The position numbers were made by a program, and so were the translations under genes. This document shows positions 42,610 through 54,189 of a stretch of DNA of 64,000 nucleotides, piece by piece. How positions within the stretch are numbered: position 1 is the stretch's first letter; each line of letters begins with the position of its first letter. Under the pieces are notes generated by a model, which was not told the DNA's origin, did no database searches, and saw nothing but the letters and a program-made list of their open reading frames with translations. Location of the stretch: NCBI RefSeq assembly GCF_009914755.1, contig NC_060929.1, one strand, 5' to 3'. This DNA is from the human T2T-CHM13v2.0 reference genome, Homo sapiens.

Positions 42610-43165
42610 CTAGCTTTTCACTTACATATGTAACAATCCTTATAACAACCTTGAAAGATGAGCTTGATTATCTCATTGGGCATATAAAACATAGAGCTGA
42701 GAGATATTTAATTGTCTAAGGTCACAGAACTAAGAAATGCAAGAGCTCAGAGATTTGAACCCTGCATTAGTCCGTTTTCATGCTGCTGATAAAGACAAAC
42801 CTGAGACTGGGCAATTTACAAAAGAAATAATTTTAACAACTTACAGTTCCACATGGCTGGGGAAGCCTCACAATCATGGCAGAAGAGCAACTCACATCTT
42901 ACGTGGATGGCGGCAGGCAAAGAGAGAGAGAGATTGGGTGGGGAAACTCCCCCTTATAATTCCGTCAGATCTCGTGAGACTTATTCGGTATCATGAGAAC
43001 AGCATGGAAAAGACCTGGCCTCATGATTCAGTTACCTCCCACTGGGTTCTTCCCATGACACATGGGAATTGTGGGAGTTAGAATTCAATATGAAATTTGA
43101 GTGGGGACACAGCCAAACCATATCAAACCCTGTTGAGCCTTACTCCAAAATCCATGTACTTTTCT
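42610..43165 (-). mobile_element. MIR split by a THE1 LTR
   Basis: aatccttataacaacc...attatctcatt...gctgagag...ctaaggtcacag...gatttgaaccc [THE1] ...ctccaaaatccatgtactttt. Confidence 0.65.
42763..43125 (-). mobile_element. THE1 (A/B) MaLR solo LTR
   Basis: tgcattagtccgttttcatgctgctgataaagac...gggacacagccaaaccatatca. Perfect 5-bp TSD aaccc (42758-42762 / 43126-43130). Confidence 0.95.
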
Positions 43166-43237
43166 GTCTGGAAACCCATTTTGCTTTTTGGAAGTGAAAC
43201 TCATGAACAACCTTATAAAGCAAGAATCAAATGTCTC

Positions 43238-43341
43238 TTAATCAAGTGCCTCAGTTTGCCCAGGATTGAGAGGTTTCCTGAAACATAGAAATTTCAGTGC
43301 TAAAACTAGGAGAATCATGGACAAACCATGAAGTTGATAAC
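43238..43341. mobile_element. MER81-like hAT-Blackjack MITE (right end disrupted by THE1)
   Basis: cagtttgcccaggattgagaggtttcctgaaac...tttcagtgctaaaac...ggacaaacc...agttg. Confidence 0.65.
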
Positions 43342-43696
43342 TGATATGGTTTAGTTGTGTCCCCACTCAAATCTCATCTTGAATTCCTATGTGTTGTAGG
43401 AGGGACCCGGTGGGAGGTAACTGAATCATGGGGGCAAGTCTTTCCTGTGCTGTTTTCACGGTAGTGAATAAGTCTCATGAGATCTGATGGTTTTAAAAAG
43501 AGGAGTTTCCCTGCACAAGTTCTCTCTTTCCCTGCTGCCATTCATGTAAGATGTGACTTGCTCCTCCTTGCCTTCTGCCATGATTGTGAGGCTTCCCCAG
43601 CCACATGGAACTGTAAGTCCAATTAAAACTCTCTCTTTTGTAAATTGCCCAGTCTCGGGTATATCTTCATCAGCAGCATGAAGACTGATTAATACA
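43342..43696 (+). mobile_element. THE1 (A/B) MaLR solo LTR
   Basis: tgatatggtttagttgtgtccccactcaaatctcatcttgaatt...cagcagcatgaagactgattaataca. TSD ataac/gtaac. Confidence 0.95.
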
Positions 43697-45145
43697 GTAA
43701 CTTACATGCCAGGAAAAGCCCCTGTCAAATAATAGAACATTGAAAAAAATTATTGGTGGAATGGATGTGTAAGTAAAATATACTTTATCATATGTTTTCT
43801 TCTAGACAGTAAAAGTGACTTGGAATCTTAGAAGCATCAATGTGTAGACCAAATACTGATTTACATACAAATCTAGAAATATGCAAATTTATAAGTGAAA
43901 TTATATAGAGAGCAGTATGACTCAGCATAGTTTTTCTGTTACTTATGGATTCTAAGTCCTGTGATAAATGTTACAGAAGTAATTCATCGTATTAATTTGA
44001 CTATTATAATCACTAAGTAAATAAATTCAAATAAAAATGACTTTATTGCATCATATTCTTCTTGCAGTTCCACTATAGAGGAGATGTTTAGGTTAATAAA
44101 TGTATGTTAGAATATGAAGTAAGGGAGAAATATGTATGCTTGTATATAAAAAAACTATGATATGTTAAGTATTTAATGAACTTGACATATTTCCTCGTGA
44201 ACATACTTTTCAATCTTGTTCCTTGAAATTCACTGTTAAAGTAGATAAAGCTGCCACTCTGTTTATAATCATAAACTACTCAAGAATATTATGTTGAAAG
44301 ATCCTATCTTTAAGACTTTTTTATTTCTTTCATTAATTCTATTATTTAATTTGAATTTATGAATATCAAAAGAAGGTTTTGAAAACAGATTGTGGAAAAG
44401 CTTCAAATCACTGAGCTCTTTGAAATGCACTTGGTTTTACTGTATTGCTACTTCATTTGCTTTCTGCATTATACCACTATTTTGTTAAATTTTGCATTTG
44501 AAATGTAATTGCCTATTCAGTAATTCCTAGCATTAGTCAGATTTCTTGGATGACATAAATATTGATTTACTTTTACTTTGACTGATAAAAAGAATCACTA
44601 TCACTGAAGCATGCAAAGAAAAAAAAAAAAAAACCTCTGTTGAGAAGTCTATTCAAGATGCTTTCATTTGAGCAATTTGTGTTTATAATTTTTTAATATG
44701 CCAACTTTATTACAAAAGACAAGTAAACTTGAGTAAACTTGAGTAACATTGGAAAGATTGCTTTTGTGGATGTTTGACTGTCATTTGTAGCAGCACCATC
44801 GGTGGGACAGCCATCAGTATCACCACTAACGGGGCATAATAAAAGCCATTTGGAGCCTTTCGTATTTGATAACAATACCTATGAAAAATAATAAAAGAAA
44901 TAGGTAAAATATACTCTTGTAAGTGAGGATTTGTTTTAATATTCCAGTGTATTCATTTCATGAGTAAGGCTGCAAGATGCCTGGTCAATAACCATGGGGT
45001 TGGAACAGTGTGGGAACGCATTTCTGGAGAGATTCTCAGATCCTATGCTGTAGTCTAATAACATTTCTTTCACACTGGAGACAACACAGAAAGAAAGGCG
45101 TGAGGAGACGATTTTCTTCAGTCGGTTCATTTCCTGAGTGTAAAC

Positions 45146-45356
45146 CAGGGTTTCTCAATTTTGGCACTATTGGCATTTTGAGCTGGATAAATCTTTGTTG
45201 TAGGGCTGTCCTGCACACTATAGGATGCTAAGCAGCATCCCTGGCCTCTACTCACTAAATGCCAGTAGCATCTCTCCAGTTGTGACAATCAAAAATGTCA
45301 TCAGACATTGCCAAGATGTTCCGGGGGAGCAAAAATTCCCCAGTTGAGAGCAATTG
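45146..45356. mobile_element. MER20 (hAT-Charlie), full length
   Basis: cagggtttctcaattttggcactattg...cagcatccctggcctctac...cagacattgcca...cagttgagagcaattg. 8-bp TSD gtgtaaac/gtataaac. Confidence 0.93.
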
Positions 45357-45984
45357 GTATAAACTACAGTATCTTCTCCTTCACGTATATCACGTTTTAA
45401 AATCAGGTTAATTATCCAAATAACTTGTAGCTGTAGAAGAACAGGTTTAGTTTCTCCAAGTGGGAAGATGGATATGTAGGAAAGAACTAATAAGAAACTT
45501 ATGGAAAGGTTAGGTCAAAAACTTTGTCCTTTAACTCTGAGAATGGTAGAAGGCGTGTCATCATTTTACATGACCTCTGCCTCTATTACCATCTACTGTA
45601 TTTTATTTGCACGTATTCAGCCAACAGCTAAGGACTTCGTGAACTTGACTCACTGAAGGGGTCAGACTGCCATGCTCCTGAATTGTTCTTAAACAAATTC
45701 TCCATTGCATTAGGCACGAAGAAGCTTTTCTTTAATGTCAGGCATGCTTATCATCTTATTCCTCCTCATTTTCTTCTAGAATATGTGTGGGCACTGAAAA
45801 GGCAGTTCTTCCCTATGGATTCAGTTCCTGTAATACACCTTCCATTTACTGGATGCAACATATTTTTTATATATTGCTTTTGGTTTCTTGCTTTTTTTTT
45901 TAAAGGTGAAAGTATATTTGCAGTGTTTATATCAATTAATGTACAAAATTAATTAAAAAATTAACTTTACAGTAATGTTTATGG

Positions 45985-46176
45985 CAATGGTTCCCAAATT
46001 GTGGTCCCCTGATCAATAACATCAGCCTTACCTGGAAACTTGTTTGAAATGCAAATTGTCACACTCTGTACCAGACCTACTGAGTCAGAAACTCTGAGAT
46101 GGGGTCAAGCAATCATCTGTGCTTTAGCAAGCCGTCTAGACTATTCTAACAGTCACTAGAGTTTGAGACGCATTTG
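45985..46176. mobile_element. MER5A
   Basis: caatggttcccaaattgtggtcccc...catcagc...gaaatgcaaatt...ccagacctactgagtcagaaactctg...agtttgaga. Confidence 0.88.
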
Positions 46177-47979
46177 TGTGCAGCTTTCATTTTGGGGGAT
46201 GTTGCAGTTTACCTGCAAACTGGAATGTGGGCACCAAATGCCCTTGAATATTTTTCCTTTAGCTATTCCTGTGATAGCAGATTTCTGTAAGTCAGAGAGC
46301 TTTAGAAAACTAACTAAAGGCAAAGCAAAACATGTATATTAATAGCATCTCCCAAGCTCATATTCACTTCATTTTTTCTCTTTTTCTTCTTCCTCTGCTT
46401 CTAAGAGGCCATAAAACATTTTCTCTTAGCCCTGTAAATTGGCAGTAATTGACAGCCAGCTTGGGAGTTGGGCTATAATTCCAAGTTTGAAGGAGCCAGG
46501 GACATGAACCCCTGCTTCACCTCTTAAGATGGATGTTAGGTCAGGAGCAAGGAGCAGTGGGATAAAGGTTTCCCTGGAAGCTTGGACTCAAGGCTATTGC
46601 CTGCAGCCTTTGCTTTCCATACATTGACTTCAATATAAGGGCTGCCAAATGAAAATACCTCTCACCAGCGTTATGGTCATTTTTCTTTTTAACCTACACC
46701 TGAATGACCCAGGAAGGGTTATATCCAATAACAAGTTTATCTGTGCTAGCTGACAAACTCCACATGTTCCCATCACCCTACAGAAAACAGTGCAAGAGAT
46801 TCCAAGCTAGTGCTCCATTTAGCAAATGGCAAATAATAACGTCATCTTGACAATTACAAGCTGTTTCATGCTACTGACATGTCAGCAGTAGTAATTGAAT
46901 ATATAAAACTTCTAATGATATCAGGTGTCAATCTGTGCTTCATCCTGTCAACAAATGCTTCATGAGCATCTATTATATCCAGATACAGTGTACATAAAAT
47001 TAAATATCATAGTCCTTGGCATCAAGATGCTCACAGTCCCATCAAGGAAACCATAAACCAATAATTATTTAAGAGCTAAATGCTATGATCAAACACATGC
47101 TAAGAGCTAAAATAAACTTACATCTGGATCTTTTAAGATACTACGATATTTCACGATTTATCCTTAGGACCTCTTGCTAAATGTTATATTTCTCAAGTCA
47201 TGTATATTTTCTGATTTTTGGCTCAGAGAATAGGCAAAAAAGCCTATGGACTTAATTTTCAGTCTAGTTTTTCTGCTGATTTCTGTATATTCTTTTCATA
47301 TTATACTGCTTACTGTTTGTGAAATATATGAAGGAATTCAGACATTTTTCTGGAGGCAACAGAGTCATTGTATTTACAATTCTAGGAGGAACCCAAGTAT
47401 TTGCATGTTTTAGGGCATCTGGCAGGTTTTGCAGTAGTGGCTGGTGGTGAGAAACTTCCTAGGAGCGAGTAATAAATACCATAGTCTAGAATTTGGGCAG
47501 CAACTCAAATGGAGGCCAAAGAAAAGTAAAATTAAAACAAAGAGTGTGAATCATGTCTTTACATAGAAAAGTGTCAAAGCTCTCTTTAATAAGGGTGATA
47601 TTTAAAACAATAGAACTGGTTCACTGCAGAAATATTTTCATTTAGATCCTGAAAGAAATTAATAATAAATTAAAGATCAATATCAGGAAAGTTTTTAAAA
47701 GATAGATAACTAGTAAAAAGGAATCTTTCTGTAAATATATGACCATCTATTAAAATGGTCTTCCCATAATATTTTATTTACCAACCTATTATGCTAGACT
47801 CTCAACTTGAAAAATATAGATGCTCATAAAAAATAAAGCGGAGAAATGAAATTCCTACCCTAGGGAGTGATAGCCGATAAGTGAGGAAGTTTATTTTTGT
47901 GTACCACTCTTACCACCACCATCACCACTGCCAAAAGGCATCTTTCTAGTCTTTACCTCCTCTGTTTATAGCAACTTCA

Positions 47980-48290
47980 TTGACCTCACTGTTCAATTCA
48001 GAAACTGGAGATCTGTCTTCACTTCTCTCTCTTACTCTTCATTTAAGACTAAGTCCTGTGTACTCTTTCACTAAACTGGCACTCCAATGACATCATCTGA
48101 GTCAAAGATAAGACCACTTCTCCCTTGAATATGTTGTATCCTGCCAATTACTTTTCTCATCTCCACTTTTGCCTTCATCATCCATTCTTTACATAAAAGA
48201 GCAATCTTTTAAAAGAGTAAACGGGAATTCTCCTTTTTAAAACACTTTAGTGGCTTCCCATTGCTCTTAAAATGAAACTTAAACAACAGC
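47980..48290 (+). mobile_element. L2 fragment
   Basis: cagaaactggag...ctaagtcctg...tccattct...tttaaaacactttagtggcttcccattgctctta. Confidence 0.6.
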
Positions 48291-48814
48291 ATATAAGGTA
48301 ACCATTACTAATATACCCAGATTACAGGTGAGGGAACCAAGCTTTTAACACTTAATTTTATCAAAAACATATGATTGGCAAATGGCTGAGCCCAGCCAAT
48401 CTCAATCTAAGTAAGTAATCTGCTACACATTTGCTGCCCCCTGGAGTGCTGGGTTTACGGTATCACTGGATAGACATGACAAGATACATAAAGCTAATTA
48501 TAGGACAATCATGCCAAGAGCTGTCAGATATAAATATTGATAATCATAATATCAACAACTAAAATTTTCCAAGCATACATGTTGAAGACCTATAAACTCA
48601 AGGCTTTGTGCAATGTCATTTTTAATTCTCACAGCAAAACTCATTTATTCTGAATACCAATGTAGGATTTTGAACACAGATGGGTAGCATATGGAATTAA
48701 ATATTCTGTAATCAATGTATCCTACCGTTTACTTGCTGTGTGATTTGGAGAGAGAATTAATTCTAAGCCTCAGTTTCCTCACTCTCTTTAAAGGGCTTAA
48801 TAATAATGTTTATT

Positions 48815-49126
<312 letters not shown>

Positions 49127-49467
49127 TTATTTTATGTAACTGCCTTGAACACAGAAAAGGAGATTTTATTATAAAACATCTGCAGCTAAAATAGTGACAA
49201 TATCATTAGAGGTATGTTTTCATATGAGTATGTGTTTAGATGTATTTACTTAAGTGGCTTAAGTAAATTTAAGTCATTGATAATTTTAACAATGCTTTTT
49301 AAATAAGTAGATCTATGTTGACACACTGAGGCCATGTAGAGGAAGTAGAATATTGTCATGGTGGCCAAATAACAAATATTTTTCTTTCCTTTAATATTAG
49401 CAATTTTATACAAGTATTTCATTAAAGCAATTTAACTGAATGCAATTTAATTATAGTCCATTTGTAT

Positions 49468-50079
49468 CCAGAATTTAATCAGAGAAGAAAACCATTAGGA
49501 GATCAATAGGCAGATCTATACAATTGTTACATGGATCTTACCTTATGCAATTGTGGGAGTTAGTTAAATAGTTTCTGCAAGGTTTTTGTCTTTGCTTGTG
49601 GTGCTGGAGCTTGAAGTCCACAAGGAAGGTAGTTGGAAAGGGAAGATGATTGTAAAGTGGGGAAAGTAAAAAAAAATCTAGAGTTAAAATATACAAGCTG
49701 GAGCCACAGAACAATAAACTGAAATGCATGCCATTTCTTGTTGCCTCTGACCTTGATGGTATAGGTTAGGTCCGTCAGAAGATGAGTCTCCTCACCGTGG
49801 AGTTAAATACAAACACCTGGCCGCAGAGTCAGAAAAGCTGAAGAAATATCAAAGGGAAGGTGCACTAGTTGTAGGTCCACCTCATGCCTCACATCAATAA
49901 TTTAACCAGACTGACAAAAATATGTGCAAGATATAAAATAGTTGTTGCTTTACTTCCACCCACTAAATCGCCTGCAAGAATCTCTCTTGGCCCACCCTAA
50001 GTGGAGATATACAGGGAAGGGTACTCTGGGAAATGTAGCCCAGTACAGCCAAGCTGACATAGTTTGCAGAGCCAGCACA
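49468..50079 (-). mobile_element. LTR41-type ERV-L LTR (3' LTR of a deleted provirus)
   Basis: aatcagagaagaaaaccattagg...tgcaattgtgggagtt...gggaaatgtagcccagtacagccaagctgaca...gccagcaca, directly followed by ERV-L internal sequence. Confidence 0.7.
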
Positions 50080-50670
50080 ATCCACTCCTTACCAATTTGG
50101 CACTCATAAACGTCTTAAATCATACTTAGACTACACAAAAGATCATGACAAAGTCAAACTTCCACCTAACATGGTGTATCTCTTCTAAGTACATCTGAAA
50201 ATAGGCTTTTTTCCTTTTAGTAGAACACAACGTCGTGTTGTTGTTTTTTTGTCTTTGGATGATATTTATTCTTCTCCCAATGCATGCTTCAAGTTGGATA
50301 TCTTGTAATTTCAAGACTATGATATAAATTTAATTACTATTAATACATCTTTGATAAGAAGAAAGAGAAAGAAAAGGGAGATACTTGGTTAATACAAATA
50401 CAAACATAGTTATACCAAAATAAGAAATAAGTACTCACACTATTCTAGTCTTGTTTCTATAATTGGTCATGTGGCCATAACTGATGTTTATAGCTACCTT
50501 CTTCCCCTACTCATTTCATATTTTCTTTGCACTGAGCTAGCCTCTCAACTGGTCAATGTGGCGTAGTGACACAGTTCTCACTTACTGAAGTATCTGGAAA
50601 CATCCTGAATTGGGCTGCTATAGTTTTCCACATACTTTAATCACAGGACCTGGGAATACCAACAAACATT

Positions 50671-50868
50671 CTAGAGGATCTCCCGCATCATAGAAATGCT
50701 CCTCTTACTCTGTTTGTGTAGTGGCCACCGAATTTCTCCTGGGTGGTTAGGATCTATAACTCTCTTCTTTGCCCGTTGATTCAGAGGCATGAGGAGCCCA
50801 AAGTGTTCAGGTGGCAGTCTCAACTTCCTGTTGAATGGAATCATTGTCATGTCTCCTGGGAGATGCAT
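50671..50868 (-). pseudogene. ERV-L dUTPase remnant
   Basis: LPGDMTMIPFNRKLRLPPEHFGLLMPLNQRAKK...VIDPNHPGEI resembles the recalled HERV-L dUTPase LPPGDTTMIPLNWKLRLPPGHFGLLMPLNQQAKK...VIDPDYQGEI. Confidence 0.85.
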
Positions 50869-51044
50869 TCTTCTTTTGGAACCCAGATGTCTAGACCAGC
50901 AGAAACTGAAGTGGTAAGGATGGAAGACAAAAATCCAGTTATTGGATTGCTAGGGATAATGTTCAGAGGAAGCATTCTTATTTCTACCCCTTGGTTCCTC
51001 GATATGTAAATCCTAGTTGTTAGAGAAACAACGTCATATACCAT
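50847..51044 (-). pseudogene. ERV-L integrase C-terminal/linker remnant
   Basis: YDVVSLTTRIYISRNQGVEI...PLNIIPSNP...SAGLDIWVP resembles recalled ERV-L pol RIHGSRNQGVE...PLTITPSDP...SAGLEVLVP. Confidence 0.8.
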
Positions 51045-51149
51045 ATGCTGATTTAATGCACATATTTTATCCTGGAGGACATTTTTCTAGCCCTGCATTA
51101 TGTTGCCACCCAGATGCTGTCATGAATAAGACTTGAAAGGGCCATTTCA

Positions 51150-51332
51150 TCAGTCCATCAAGCTAGCTGCTTCAGCACAATAGAGAATATGATTAGACCA
51201 GTAAATTCCATGGGTTTGGGTGTATTGCTGCACTTTATTTGCTGTGAAATGAGTTTCTTGGTCAGAAATGATGCTATGTGGAATATGGTGAATAAGATAT
51301 CCTGTAAATCTGTGGACAGTTTGAAGATGCAC
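51150..51332 (-). pseudogene. ERV-L integrase catalytic core remnant
   Basis: IPHSIISDQETHFTANKVQQYTQTHGIYWSNHI...EAASLMD matches the retroviral integrase SDQGTHFT...HGIHWSYH...EAAGLIE motif. Confidence 0.85.
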
Positions 51333-51473
51333 TGCAAGTAAGAAGGCAAATCTATATCCAGATTAATAGCTTGACCAGTGAAAACAAAATGCTGTGCCTA
51401 CAATGACAGAAGTGGCCCAATATAATTAACCTGGCAACAGGTAGCTGGCTGATCCTTCAGGAAATGGGGCCAT

Positions 51474-51501
51474 ATTGCAGGAATGGCCCCATTCCTGCAA
51501 T
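51474..51501. repeat. Perfect-arm palindrome
   Basis: attgcaggaatgg-cc-ccattcctgcaat (13-bp arms, 2-nt loop). Confidence 0.92.
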
Positions 51502-51649
51502 TCGGGGTATTCGGCAATGGCTGTAGCTATATTGGCTTGGGTGAAAGAAAATTCATGTTGGTGATGCCATAGATAACCTTGATTCCTGCCATGATGGCCA
51601 CTTTATTTATGAGCCCATTATATAATGACTGGAGTGGCTGGGAAGCCAG

Positions 51650-52091
51650 TAATGAAAGACATATGTAAAGTCAGGGAGATTTAGAAGAAGCTGGAAGCTA
51701 CAGGCATAGGCTGAAACCCAGTGAGAATTTACATTGAAACCTGTGTATGTTCTCACTGCCTCTGAAATTTTTGGCACGGATGATCTGAAGTAGTTGAAGT
51801 TTTTCATCATGAAGTTAAACACACACACTTGGCCCAAGAATCAAAGAAACTGAAGGACAATTTAAGAAAATATAGAGCAGTCTCAGGCCCAGCTGTAGCC
51901 TCATGCCAATGAGGTCAGTTGAAAGATCAGCAGCAACATATGTGAGCAACAACATGGTGCCTGTTTTGCTTCCTTTCTCTAAGTCTCACAGAAGAATGTC
52001 TTTGTGGTCCATCCTAAACAGAAGCATACAAGAAAGGAAATTCCAGAAAACGAAGTTCAGACTAGCCAAGTTAAACATTACAAAGCCACTT
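51650..52091 (-). mobile_element. Partial LTR41-type LTR (probable truncated 5' LTR)
   Basis: Shares blocks with 49690-50079: aagctgga, gcctctga, agttaaacacacacacttggcc...aatcaaagaaactgaag, cctcatgcc, agccaagttaaacattacaaagcca. Confidence 0.7.
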
Positions 52092-52399
52092 CAAAATGGT
52101 AAGAAATGTTAGGTCCCTAGATGATTGAAGTCACTATATATTTTTGGTTTGGAGAACTTTATTATAGACAGAGAAGGGAGAGTTCAGAATTGGAAATCTG
52201 GAGAATGGGAGTTTCTGTCATAGTTCAATCATTACCTAAACACACGATCTTTGTGAGTCCTTTATCCTTACCCAGCCTTCATTTCTTTAGTTGTAAAATG
52301 AAGCGGATACCCTGGATTATATTTGAAAGGCTTCCCTGTTTAGTAGGTAAAATAATTGTTGGTCAGGATGCTGAGAAACAAATTCTGGTTATACCCCCT

Positions 52400-52570
52400 T
52401 CTGATCCTTGTGCAAGAGCTTGGGCTTTCTGTGCCTCAGTTTCCTCTTTGGTAAACAACAATAGTATTACAGAACTCATAGCAATGTTCTAAGAATTAAA
52501 TGAGTTAAAATACTTAAAGCTCTTAAAGTCACGAGGAGTATGTAGTCATCACAGATTAAATGTTAGCTAG
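52400..52570 (+). mobile_element. MIR
   Basis: ctgtgcctcagtttcctc...gaattaaatgagtta...taaagctctta...aaatgttagcta. Confidence 0.75.
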
Positions 52571-53249
52571 TGCAGTAGCCACAATTTGCCTGTGAATTTT
52601 ATAATTTCTTGTCTCCTGTAGAGGTCTAAAAACCATATGCACTGTCTCAAAGTCAGTGCTTTGACTTAGGAATTAGAAGGAAATTACCACAGATCTTGGT
52701 AAATTTGTTTTGTCATTGGTAAATTATATGATTTTTCTCTCTTTTTTGATACTGATGCTATTAATAAGGTGCATTGATTATCCATAATGAGGTGGACATG
52801 GTACAAATATGCAAATAAAGCAATTATTTAGTGGCCTTAACCAAGGGAGAGTATAACAGGGTATGGAAGGTTATTAATGGTGTAAAGAATGCTGACAAAG
52901 GAGCTTTTTCTCTTTAATAACAATGCCTAAAGAAGTGGGTTTCAAGTAATTTAAATAAATAATACTGATATGTATTTGGAGAACTACCAGAAATGATCTT
53001 TTGTAGACATAAAGTCTGATCTTAGTTGAATCTTTGCTTTCTTTTTACCCACTCACCATTCTCTCCCCTTGTTTCAGTAATCTAAATACCATGTAAGGGC
53101 ATGTTCTGAAGCCTGCTTACCTACCCTTCTCAAATAGCTGCCTACTGCTCTTGCTCTTGTGAGCTCATTTTCTGCCTTCACTCATGTTCTTACTGAGGGT
53201 ATATGAGGAAGACCTCATTAAAACAGAATCATTATGTATAAGAAGAAAG

Positions 53250-53630
53250 AATCATTAAATTTAAAGAAGGAAGCAGAGAAGGGAAGGGGATTTATTGCCT
53301 CGCGTAACTAAGAAACCCAGTGGGCATTGTGGCTTCTGACATGACTGCATCTGGAATTTCAAACAATGCATCTGCTTCTCTCTCTGTCTCTCCTCCTCCT
53401 CACCTCCCTCATCCACTCATCACTATCCCTCATCCACTCATCACCATCCCTCAGCTTTGATATATTTATTATACATTAGCAGGTTTTTCTATGTGCCAGG
53501 AATAGTGGCTTCTAGTAGTTCCAGAGTTTGATTCTTAAAGCTGGTTGGCCCAGAAAAATAGAGTTCATGTATCTCCCTCAATGTCCCTATACTCTAATAC
53601 AGTCATACAGTCTGCTTTGGTTACCTACCC
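53250..53630 (-). mobile_element. Ancient MLT1 (J/K-like) LTR fragment
   Basis: gggatttattgcctcgcgtaactaagaaa...ggcttctgacatgactgcatctgg. Confidence 0.45.
53405..53453. repeat. 21-bp tandem repeat (2.3 copies)
   Basis: tccctcatccactcatcac(t/c)a twice, plus a partial copy. Confidence 0.9.
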
Positions 53631-53635
53631 GCCCA

Positions 53636-53812
53636 TGTGTGTCAATCTGCTTGGGCTGCCATAGCTGAATGCTTCAGTCTGGGTGGCTTAAACAACAGAA
53701 ATTTATTTTCTCACAGTTCTGGAGGCTCAAAGTCCACGATTAAAGTGCCAGCACAGTTGGTTTCTGGTGAGATCTTTCTTCCTGGCTTGCAGACAGCCAC
53801 CTTCTCATGGCC
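53636..53812 (-). mobile_element. MLT1A/B LTR fragment
   Basis: gcttgggctgccata...ctgggtggcttaaacaacagaaatttattttctcacagttctggaggc...ggcttgcagacagccaccttctc. Confidence 0.85.
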
Positions 53813-54189
53813 TCAAGTCCCTAGTCTAATTCTATTTCTTGATCTCGGTTTTTTTTTACAAATGTTTTTTTTTTCTTAGTCACATACTTATTATATTTTG
53901 TTTTCTGTATCTGTGTCTGTGTTTTCTGCATCTATGTTTTACCTTAGAATAAAAAGGTAACTCTATGGCTAAGTCATGGGATAGCAAGTTTCTAATTTAA
54001 AACCATATATACCAATTCTCTTTACAGTAACCAAAGATAGCCAAATCGCCAAGGCTGAGGTTAATGTTGTGGGGAACTGTAATGATCTTACAAGAAAGGT
54101 AAAGAATAAATGGGAACAAAAATGGACCTGTTACAAATAGAATGACACAAAACTAACAAAAAGGGGTGGTTACTCAAACTAAAAGAGTA

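Larger units (their letters stand above)
50080..51645 (-). mobile_element. ERV-L internal region (integrase, dUTPase and 3' end), decayed
   Basis: Carries the integrase and dUTPase peptide remnants listed below, plus an integrase zinc-finger-like region near 51560-51620. Confidence 0.85.
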
